Origin: Amoeboradix gromovi X-113
Lineage: Eukaryota > Fungi > Sanchytriomycota
Length of the DNA: 8,145 nt
Assembly: GCA_018985225.1 (NCBI GenBank)
Contig: JADGIF010000463.1
Span: forward strand, 1 to 8,145
Reading direction: 5' to 3'
The notes beneath the pieces were generated by a model. It was not told the origin of the DNA. It saw nothing but the letters and a program-made list of their open reading frames with translations, and ran no database searches. The position numbers and the translations under genes are program-made. The stretch's first letter is position 1; every line of letters begins with the position of its first letter. Below are positions 1 to 7,168 of this stretch, piece by piece.

Positions 1-209
1 AATCTATAGTAATTATACGAAATCTACCTCTCTAACCGACCTTTCTCTATTTGCATAATCGTTAATAATTCTTCATACTTTCTTGTCATCAATTGTTAAG
101 TCTTTGCCAGTTTCTGTGGAAATTCTCTTAATTTTTCGGAAAACTGGACTTTTAACTTTAAGTCAATTTTTCCGGATATCGGCTTTTCTAGGAGTGAAAA
201 TAAAACTTT

Positions 210-782
210 ATGGCAAGAATCCTTTGTCTTCATGGATACACACAAGATGGAGAGGCTCTGCGAAAACAAATAGGAGCTTTGAGGAAGTCTTTTAGAAAAG
301 ACGTAGAATTTGTTTTTATTAATGCACCACTAGAAGTCAAAGAGAGAGACCCTAACAAATCGGGTTTGGCGTTTTGGCATCCAGATGGTGATGTGCTTAA
401 GGATGTTTACGATTCTTTAAATTTTGTCAAAGATTTTGTGGAAAGAAATGGTCCTTTTAACGGTGTTTTAGGGTTTTCTCAAGGGTCTTCTGTAATAACC
501 TTGTATCAATCACATTTTCAATGTAATTTTGAATTTGCGCTTGTATTCTCAGCATCTAAAATTGTCTCACAATTAACGAGCAATCAACTTAATGCTATTG
601 ATACGCCTTGTTTGCACGTATGCGGAGATACTGATTACATTTGTCCACCATCTATATCTTCTGATTATATGAAGAGGGCATACAAGAATATATCAGTTTA
701 TAACCACTTGGGGGGTCATGGTATTCCGTTGAATAAGGAGTCAAAGCAAATCTTAACTGAATTTATTAAATCTCACTTATAG
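210..782 (+). CDS. FSH1: FSH1/OVCA2-family serine hydrolase (alpha/beta hydrolase)
   Basis: 190 aa. N-terminal RILCLHGYTQ, nucleophile elbow GPFNGVLGFSQG (GxSxG), LHVCGDTD (catalytic Asp) and HLGGHGIP (catalytic His) match FSH1-family motifs in order and spacing. The symbol is family-level only. Confidence 0.92.
   Translation: MARILCLHGYTQDGEALRKQIGALRKSFRKDVEFVFINAPLEVKERDPNKSGLAFWHPDGDVLKDVYDSLNFVKDFVERNGPFNGVLGFSQGSSVITLYQSHFQCNFEFALVFSASKIVSQLTSNQLNAIDTPCLHVCGDTDYICPPSISSDYMKRAYKNISVYNHLGGHGIPLNKESKQILTEFIKSHL
761..770. terminator. candidate bidirectional polyadenylation signal inside the FSH1 CDS
   Basis: ATTTATTAAA reads AATAAA on the minus strand (767-762, just past the WD40 gene stop) and ATTAAA on the plus strand (765-770). 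Confidence 0.45.
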
Positions 783-2231
783 CTACTTATGTGTGAATCC
801 GTAGTTCAGTAAACTATCCATTTTTATGCCAGTTGACCTTTTTCTACCTCTTCTTCTACCTTGTGGTGCATGATTCTCGTTTACTTCGGATGTAGAATAA
901 TTTAGTCGAGATTGCACTATTCGCTTTTCTTTGACTATTTTTAAATCATTTTCATCTGCTAGGATTCCTAGCTCTATTGGGTCTAGCGTCTTCCTCTTCT
1001 TTTTTACAGGTGTTAACAAATTGGATGCTTTTGGTGCTGCTGATTTTTCTGGTACGTAATTCGATCTTAATACGACCTCCTCCGGATCCGCATATGCATT
1101 AGGGTCTTCAAATACATGTATTGTGTCTTTTTGATATTTGTGACTTTCAGAGTCGTAAAATTTGCTGATTTTCATTCCATCCAATTCGGACTGCGATAGA
1201 CCAACAGGCAAAACAGCTGTTTGTATATCATTGCCCGGATATTCTGTTTCCCATATCCTTAAGTTACCCACATCGTCACCGGTGACTACGGCATATGGAG
1301 TGCCAAGGAACTGAATAGAGTTGATTTCGCAAGTGCTAGATTTAGTCTGGAAGAATGTTGGATTCGAGTACATACTGGGCTTGGAAGAAGTGTTGTTGAA
1401 TGTTCTACGCTTTGATAAGTATTCATCAGAAATCTGATTGAAACAGAGATAGCCTACACTTCCAGCACAGTTACTAATTGCCAAGACAGAAGTGCTATCT
1501 TGCCAGCTGATTTTGCTGTACTGAGATACTCTCAGTCCAGTCTTATAAATACTGTTGACATTAAGGTCCCAATTGTTCAAACTAATGATGTTACCTTCAC
1601 TTAGAACACTTAAAGAATCATGGGACTTGCAAACATCACTAATTTTTCTTTCCAAAGTGTTTTCAGCAGTGTAGGTTTTGTTATTTCGAATGTCAAATAG
1701 CTTTAAAGTGTTATCAGTTATACCGAAAGACACAAAATGGTTCTCTGTGATCCAAATGCATCTTCCAACGCAGTACTTAATGCTTCCACAAGGACCATTT
1801 TTGAAATCCTTGATCGTATAGAAATGATCAACCCCAAAACTAATTGAAGGTTTGACTCGAATATCAAAAAGCGATATTCTTCCTTCCTTCCCGCTAGTTA
1901 GCAATTTGCTAGTATTAAATGGGCAAATATCTACACTTTTCAAACCCTGAGTAGTATCACCAATTAAAGAAATAGGATCGAAGCCTTTAAAATCACTCAG
2001 AATGCCTTGCCCATCGCTAGATATAGTAGCTATATAGTCTTTACAGCTGTCTAGAGAATGAATGCACTGATGATGCAGAAAATGAGAAGTGATGTGTCGT
2101 AATTTCTCAGAATAAACGTGCAGTGTACCTTTTTCATCGCCTGCTAGAATAATGCCTCTGTCTTGGTTGTAATTTAATGACATTATTGGAGATGCATGAA
2201 ATTGAGAAGCACGAGAGTTTATTATTCGCAT
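783..2231 (-). CDS. CDT2: WD40 protein, probable divergent Cdt2/DTL (CRL4 substrate receptor, DCAF)
   Basis: 482 aa. Degenerate WD repeats (ILAGDEKGTLHVY, LKSVDICPFNTSKLLTSGKEGRISLFDIR, FVSFGITDNTLKLFDIR, VVTGDDVGNLRIWE), two WDxR-type FDIR motifs, and SQYSKISW resembling Cdt2 (T/S)FYVK. The low-complexity tail has basic NLS-like runs, a TPVK CDK site and a terminal PIP-like motif. The WD40 call is firm; Cdt2 orthology is by recalled motif similarity. Confidence 0.68.
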   Translation of the reverse strand: MRIINSRASQFHASPIMSLNYNQDRGIILAGDEKGTLHVYSEKLRHITSHFLHHQCIHSLDSCKDYIATISSDGQGILSDFKGFDPISLIGDTTQGLKSVDICPFNTSKLLTSGKEGRISLFDIRVKPSISFGVDHFYTIKDFKNGPCGSIKYCVGRCIWITENHFVSFGITDNTLKLFDIRNNKTYTAENTLERKISDVCKSHDSLSVLSEGNIISLNNWDLNVNSIYKTGLRVSQYSKISWQDSTSVLAISNCAGSVGYLCFNQISDEYLSKRRTFNNTSSKPSMYSNPTFFQTKSSTCEINSIQFLGTPYAVVTGDDVGNLRIWETEYPGNDIQTAVLPVGLSQSELDGMKISKFYDSESHKYQKDTIHVFEDPNAYADPEEVVLRSNYVPEKSAAPKASNLLTPVKKKRKTLDPIELGILADENDLKIVKEKRIVQSRLNYSTSEVNENHAPQGRRRGRKRSTGIKMDSLLNYGFTHK

Positions 2232-2329
2232 GGTTTCAAATAAGTTTGGAGATTTAAAATTAAAATTTTACAAGCCTTGTGGTATGACATAACAGTTTTA
2301 AACAAAGCAATAAGCAGAGCATTTGAATG

Positions 2330-2338
2330 ATTTATTAA
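2330..2338 (-). terminator. polyadenylation signal overlapping the stop codon
   Basis: TTAATAAAT on the minus strand includes the TAA stop of 2335..2814. Confidence 0.5.
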
Positions 2339-2814
2339 AATTTTCCCTGACTTTTTAAATGAGTCCAAAAATCCATCATTGTACATAAATGTAAATTTGG
2401 CAACTCATGCCTAACCTTCATAACATCATCGACTATGACCTTTCCCTTGTAGCTATTTGGGGGAATAACATCTCTGTAAAAATAATAGCTGTGCACCTGA
2501 TCAAAATAACCAGTATCTTCTTTTACATTTATTAATTGACAAAACATTAAATCGTATTCTACGTCTCCATTTGGATGCAAAGACTTTTCATTATATATTA
2601 TATCATCCAGTATTTCCTTTTTAAGGTTCGAATTTCCTAATAAATAAATCGGAAATTTAGAATGGCTTAGATTATTCCAAATTATAAATATTAGCAGTGG
2701 GATTCCCATGATTAGAGTCATTTGAATTGCAACTTCTGTTGAATGATAAGACACATATGACAAAACTGGTAAAAATACAATTCCAATCAATTTGTAAATA
2801 GTATGATGTTTCAT
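2335..2814 (-). CDS. hypothetical protein with two N-terminal hydrophobic helices
   Basis: 159-aa ATG ORF filling the gap between neighbours. Hydrophobic segments LIGIVFLPVLSYVSY and VAIQMTLIMGIPLLIFIIW. AATAAA overlaps its TAA stop, as seen at other gene ends here. Confidence 0.72.
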   Translation of the reverse strand: MKHHTIYKLIGIVFLPVLSYVSYHSTEVAIQMTLIMGIPLLIFIIWNNLSHSKFPIYLLGNSNLKKEILDDIIYNEKSLHPNGDVEYDLMFCQLINVKEDTGYFDQVHSYYFYRDVIPPNSYKGKVIVDDVMKVRHELPNLHLCTMMDFWTHLKSQGKF

Positions 2815-2838
2815 AACAAAGATATGAAATGCAAGATA

Positions 2839-2846
2839 TTACGTAA
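2839..2846. promoter_or_regulatory. palindromic bZIP-type site TTACGTAA (Yap/Pap1/PAR class)
   Basis: Exact TTACGTAA palindrome in the divergent promoter. A short motif in AT-rich DNA, so it could be chance. Confidence 0.35.
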
Positions 2847-2906
2847 CATATTGTGATTTCTCTTGATCTTAATGAATTATATTTAGATGTTTACGATTAT
2901 TATCCG

Positions 2907-2936
2907 TTTCTCGAACTTTCCTGATTAGTCCGGAAA
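2907..2936. promoter_or_regulatory. heat shock element (HSF binding site)
   Basis: tTTCt-cGAAc-tTTCc (2907-2921) is a perfect three-unit HSE, continued in register by tGAtt-agTCc-gGAAa. It ends about 40 nt upstream of the HSP104 ATG. Confidence 0.85.
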
Positions 2937-2949
2937 CACCGATCTACCC

Positions 2950-2957
2950 TATAAATA
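2950..2957 (+). promoter_or_regulatory. TATA box of HSP104
   Basis: TATAAATA between the HSE and the ATG, starting 28 nt before 2978. Confidence 0.72.
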
Positions 2958-2977
2958 GGGAAGGCTCCATTATTGTT

Positions 2978-5596
2978 ATGTCAGATTTCACAGACAAAGT
3001 TCAAGTTATTTTAAATGAATCCATTCAGCTTGCTAAGCAATTCTCCAATCAGTATGTTCATCCCTCACACATTCTCCTGTGCTTGCTTGAAGATGAATCT
3101 CAATTCCTTAAGTCAGCTATTTCCCGTTCGAATGGTGACTTGCTCACTTTTGAAAAGCTCATCAAACAGCTAGTCCAAAAACAACCTCAGCAACACCCAA
3201 TTGACAAGGTCGAGCTTCATCCTCTTAGCACAAAAGCTATACAAAAAGCAGAAGAGTTAAAAAAGAAGCAACATGATTCTTTTATAGCTATTGATCATCT
3301 AGTGTTGGGATTAGTTGATCTAGAGGACATATCTAACATTCTTCAGCAATCAAATCTGACCAAGCAAATGTTTACAAAGACTATTGAACAGATTCGTGGA
3401 AATAAACGGATTGATAGCCAGTCGGATGACGCCAATTACGAGGCTCTAAAAAAGTATGCTATTGATATGACCGAATTGGCTGTTCAAGGTAAGCTAGATC
3501 CCGTTATTGGTAGATTAAATGAAATCAATCGTGTAATCGAGATCATGTGCCGGAAATCCAAGAACAACGCAGTGCTTATTGGTCCTGGAGGAGTTGGTAA
3601 GACTGCGATTGTCGAAGGTTTGTGCATGAGAATTGCTAACAATGATGTCCCCAGCAGCTTGAAAGTTAAAGTGTTTTCTTTGGATTTAGGTGCTCTAGTT
3701 GCTGGTGCCAAATATCGTGGTGAGTTTGAAGAACGTTTGAAAGCAGTTCTGAAAGAGGTCAAGGACAACCATGGCAAAATAATATTATTTATTGATGAAA
3801 TACATCAATTAGTAGGTGCAGGTAAGACTGACGGTGCTATGGATGCTGCCAACTTACTAAAGCCAATGCTAGCTCGTGGTGAGTTAAGGTGTATAGGGGC
3901 CACTACTTTGGAAGAGTATAGAAAGTACATTGAAAAGGATGGTGCCTTGGAGCGCAGATTTCAGCAGGTCTATGTAAGTGAACCCTCCAAAGAAGACGCT
4001 ATATCCATACTAAGAGGTTTGAAAGAGAAATATGAATCACATCATGGTGTGCGTATATTGGATAGTGCTATTATCCAAGCAGTCATGCTGAGCAGTAGGT
4101 ACATTACTGAGAGATACTTACCAGACAAAGCCATCGATTTATTGGATGAAGCGTGCGCATCTACAAGAGTACAATTAGATTCGCAACCTATCGAAATTGA
4201 TAGTTTGGAGCGTAGAATATTACAATTACAAATAGAGGCCACAGCGCTGAAACAAGAGCAAGACCAACGATCTTTGGACAGATTAAGCATTGTTCATCAG
4301 GAAATCAGCAAGTTGCAGGAACAGCTCTCGCCTTTAAAATTGAAATACCAGAGCGAAAAGGGTAGAATAGATGAGTTACAGCTGTTGCAGCAGAAGTATG
4401 AGGAGTTGAAGGTTAAAGTTATGTTGGCTGAACGTAGCAACGACCTGTCAAAAGCCGCAGACCTGAAGTACTATGCTATACCTGAAATCGAATCCAAACT
4501 ATTGCAACTACAACAGAAACAAAAGGAATCTAGAGTCGAGAGTGATGAGTCATACTTGACAGAAGTTGTATCAGAACAGCAGATTACAAACGTAGTGTCT
4601 AAATGGACCGGCATACCCGTTGACAAGTTAAGCAGAAGTGAAATTGATAAGTTACTAAAATTGCAACAACATCTAAGTCAAAGGGTGATTGGGCAAGCAG
4701 AAGCCGTAAAGGCAGTTTCAGAGGCTATTCTTAGAAGTAGGGCTGGTTTAGGTAGGCCGAATCAACCTACAGGTTCTTTTCTATTTGCAGGATCAACAGG
4801 AACTGGTAAAACTGAGTTAAGCAAAGCTATTGCTTATGAATTGTTTAATGATGATAAGCATATGGTCCGCATAGATATGAGTGAGTTTATGGAGTCTCAC
4901 AGTGTTAGCAAATTAATCGGTGCACCCAGTGGTTATGTTGGATATGAGGACAGCAACATGCTCTGTGAACTTATTAGGCGCAGACCCTACAATGTTGTTC
5001 TATTTGATGAGATCGAGAAGGCACATCCGAGTGTGCTGAACATACTCTTACAGATACTAGATGATGGGCGATTGACTGATTCGCATGGCAGAGTGGTAAG
5101 TTTTACTGAATGCGTTATCATACTAACAACCAACGTTGGTTATCAATTCTTGCAATCGGTTCAAACACCAGAAATCAAACAGCTGGTAATGCAGGAGATT
5201 AAGAGCACCTTTAGACCTGAGTTTCTAAACAGATTGGATGATATTGTGATATTCAACAAGTTATCACGCAATGACCTGGAGCTAATAATTACAAAAGAGC
5301 TGGGGTTGTTAATGGCCAGAATGGGAGATCGAAAAATTACCATTGAAGCCAGTCAGAGTGCTATAGATGTGATTTTGAACAGATCCTACGATGAAGCATA
5401 TGGAGCTAGACCTGTAAAACGATGGTTGGAGAAGAGATTGACTACCTTATTAAGTAGGTTGATAATAGGAGGAAAACTTTTAGATAATAGTGCAGTGTAT
5501 TTGGAAGGACACGAAAACAATTATGACATGATGCTGGATGAGGAGAACTGCTATTACGAAGATGGGCTAGCCTTTCATGTCAAGCACAGCGATTAA
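2978..5596 (+). CDS. HSP104: Hsp104/ClpB AAA+ protein disaggregase (cytosolic type)
   Basis: 872 aa. Clp N-domain, [12 protein letters not shown]1 Walker A GPGGVGKT, pore loop GAKYRG, Walker B IILFIDE, coiled-coil middle domain ([10 protein letters not shown]), NBD2 Walker [13 protein letters not shown] loop, [11 protein letters not shown] and sensor-2 YGARP. No organellar presequence is evident. Confidence 0.97.
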   Translation: MSDFTDKVQVILNESIQLAKQFSNQYVHPSHILLCLLEDESQFLKSAISRSNGDLLTFEKLIKQLVQKQPQQHPIDKVELHPLSTKAIQKAEELKKKQHDSFIAIDHLVLGLVDLEDISNILQQSNLTKQMFTKTIEQIRGNKRIDSQSDDANYEALKKYAIDMTELAVQGKLDPVIGRLNEINRVIEIMCRKSKNNAVLIGPGGVGKTAIVEGLCMRIANNDVPSSLKVKVFSLDLGALVAGAKYRGEFEERLKAVLKEVKDNHGKIILFIDEIHQLVGAGKTDGAMDAANLLKPMLARGELRCIGATTLEEYRKYIEKDGALERRFQQVYVSEPSKEDAISILRGLKEKYESHHGVRILDSAIIQAVMLSSRYITERYLPDKAIDLLDEACASTRVQLDSQPIEIDSLERRILQLQIEATALKQEQDQRSLDRLSIVHQEISKLQEQLSPLKLKYQSEKGRIDELQLLQQKYEELKVKVMLAERSNDLSKAADLKYYAIPEIESKLLQLQQKQKESRVESDESYLTEVVSEQQITNVVSKWTGIPVDKLSRSEIDKLLKLQQHLSQRVIGQAEAVKAVSEAILRSRAGLGRPNQPTGSFLFAGSTGTGKTELSKAIAYELFNDDKHMVRIDMSEFMESHSVSKLIGAPSGYVGYEDSNMLCELIRRRPYNVVLFDEIEKAHPSVLNILLQILDDGRLTDSHGRVVSFTECVIILTTNVGYQFLQSVQTPEIKQLVMQEIKSTFRPEFLNRLDDIVIFNKLSRNDLELIITKELGLLMARMGDRKITIEASQSAIDVILNRSYDEAYGARPVKRWLEKRLTTLLSRLIIGGKLLDNSAVYLEGHENNYDMMLDEENCYYEDGLAFHVKHSD

Positions 5597-5602
5597 ATAA
5601 AT
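5594..5602 (+). terminator. polyadenylation signal overlapping the HSP104 stop
   Basis: TAAATAAAT, with AATAAA at 5596-5601. Confidence 0.5.
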
Positions 5603-5632
5603 ATTTTTACATAAACACAACTGTTTTGTGGA

Positions 5633-5832
5633 CAAGTCTTAGACCTTTCTGCAATTCTTTTTATTTATATGGCTCGGCATAATTTCGCTTTCTTTATAGG
5701 TGGTTCCGAAAGTATCGGAGCAAGTATATTATTGTAAGGTATTATAACGTATTGCTGATCGATTACCAATCCACTCTACTGAATATTTGGTATTCAAAAC
5801 ATATTGCAGGTGCTACTATTTTGTTTTTATAA
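5633..5832 (+). pseudogene. possible decayed, truncated copy of the 4-TM gene family
   Basis: With frameshifts it reads SA-FFLFIWLGII (cf. TALFLTIWFAIV), then YNVLLIDYQSTLLNIW (cf. YTLYQKNYTIKQVGFW, same Y..[DN]Y..W spacing). By-eye alignment only. Confidence 0.35.
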
Positions 5833-5887
5833 ACAGCGACCTAATAAACGATAACACTAAAATTTAAGTGCGTGAGTAAGATAAATC

Positions 5888-5896
5888 TGATTGGTC
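5888..5896 (-). promoter_or_regulatory. inverted CCAAT box (GACCAATCA) upstream of 4-TM paralog A
   Basis: TGATTGGTC starts 46 nt before ATG 5934. The identical 9-mer precedes paralog B. Confidence 0.5.
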
Positions 5897-5933
5897 ATGT
5901 TAGTAATAAAACTATTTCAGATTCCTGATAGAA

Positions 5934-6488
5934 ATGGAGCGCGAGATTAGAAAAGCAAATCGAAAGTTAAAAAATACTACTACAGTGTTGACAATATGGT
6001 TTGTGCTGGTAATACTAGTTAGTATTGGAGCAATGGTTGGGCACCAGTATCTGGGTATCATGCCTATATTGTTGAATTTGGGTTATATTTACACATTGTT
6101 CCAGCAAGACTATAGAATAAAAAGAATAGGACTATTGATACATATGATATTCTCAGGGTTGGTTGGTATAATTGGGGGATTTATTCTAGTTTACATGGGA
6201 TTGACATATCAGCAATCGGCTAAAGACTTAGATCCGATAATATCAGTACTTATAACTGTGTTTGTATTCTTTATGATAGTATATAGTATTCTTACATTCG
6301 TGTTTATATTTGAGCATCAGGAACATTGCAAATCTGCAAAGCTGCTGATGAAAAATGGAATTGCTAACCCAAATCAGATTTCGGTGTACAATACGTCAGT
6401 ACAGCAAATGAGGAGTCGGTATAACTATCAGCAAAGACCAACACATGGCGATGCAGAATTTGAATTTGACCCAAAAACTCTGGGTTAA
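5934..6488 (+). CDS. four-transmembrane protein of unknown family, paralog A
   Basis: 184 aa. Four hydrophobic segments (about aa 18-36, 39-56, 65-90, 102-126), a basic N-terminus and a polar Q/Y/N tail. Clearly homologous to 7169..7792. AATAAA at 6497-6502. Confidence 0.88.
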   Translation: MEREIRKANRKLKNTTTVLTIWFVLVILVSIGAMVGHQYLGIMPILLNLGYIYTLFQQDYRIKRIGLLIHMIFSGLVGIIGGFILVYMGLTYQQSAKDLDPIISVLITVFVFFMIVYSILTFVFIFEHQEHCKSAKLLMKNGIANPNQISVYNTSVQQMRSRYNYQQRPTHGDAEFEFDPKTLG

Positions 6489-6494
6489 CATTCA

Positions 6495-6503
6495 TTAATA
6501 AAT
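6495..6503 (+). terminator. polyadenylation signal of paralog A
   Basis: TTAATAAAT, 6 nt after the stop. Confidence 0.5.
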
Positions 6504-6594
6504 TATTTATCAAGTTTAACTATTTCGTTATGATTGTGCTAAGACATTGATCCGAGGTTAATTTAAACAAGACGTCACATTTTGGATTTGTTCT

Positions 6595-6997
6595 GTGAAA
6601 AGTACAGCAAAGTGTGGTACAAGAGAGTATTATAAAAAAGCCACGTCAACCTTTTTCGATATTTGATAAGAGCTTGTTCGGGTAACTATTTGAAAGAAGT
6701 TTATTGACTTCACAATTATCGCTCTTCTTACATTCTTGCTACAATAAAGACTCCTCGTTAAAAGTCTTGATTTCCGAGAAAATCGAGAATTTCCACAGAG
6801 AAACTAGCAATGCTAGATGCTCCGTTATAGTGATTGCTCACGCTTTCACTACCCTGGGAAGGGATTGAATAAGGATGCAGATACTTGATGTATATATTCC
6901 TTGCTGCAATATGCTCTATCTATCTTCAAGTGACACTTTGTTTCCATTTACCATTTGCGAAAAGCAAGAACATCGAGTATTAATGCTATTAGAAAAG
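6595..6997 (+). pseudogene. possible decayed copy of the 4-TM gene family
   Basis: Colinear fragments in mixed frames: KKATSTFFDI* (cf. LKNTTTVLTIW), YNKDSSLK (cf. YQKNYTIK), KDAD (cf. KDLD), ICEKQEH..LLEK (cf. IFEHQEH..LLMK). Several stops and frameshifts. By-eye alignment only. Confidence 0.42.
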
Positions 6998-7109
6998 TCT
7001 GAAAAAGTCATGAAATTATACAAAAATGCATACAAATTCGCGATAAATGATTTATTCAAGAAAAGAATCGAGCTGTTTGCCTTTATTGGAGTTAATTTGC
7101 AACCTTTTA

Positions 7110-7118
7110 TGATTGGTC
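7110..7118 (-). promoter_or_regulatory. inverted CCAAT box (GACCAATCA) upstream of 4-TM paralog B
   Basis: TGATTGGTC starts 59 nt before ATG 7169 and is identical to 5888-5896. Confidence 0.5.
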
Positions 7119-7168
7119 TGCAAGCATCACGAGAGATTTAACTACTTGCATACCCCAAAGAGCAAGTG

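Noticed and set aside
83-295. 70-aa plus-strand ORF
   Set aside because: Starts at TTG, overlaps FSH1 out of frame, and has no recognisable motifs.
3484-5343. Minus-strand ORFs 3484..3777, 4042..4290 and 5161..5343
   Set aside because: Antisense shadows of the conserved HSP104 CDS with no independent signals.
5872-5920. Intron-like GTGAGT...TTTCAG (49 nt) upstream of paralog A
   Set aside because: Splicing gives no upstream coding exon (in-frame TAA at 5858-5860, no ATG), and the segment contains the CCAAT element shared with paralog B. At most a 5' UTR intron; RNA data would be needed.
6570-6648. CRE-like AGACGTCA and CCACGTCA
   Set aside because: Imperfect short motifs not adjacent to an intact gene start.
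6875-7141. 88-aa ORF as an independent gene
   Set aside because: No AATAAA after its stop, it runs through paralog B's promoter element, and part of it resembles the 4-TM family C-terminus. Treated as a relic.
7166-7168. GTG start for paralog B
   Set aside because: Eukaryotic context with an in-frame ATG immediately after, at 7169.
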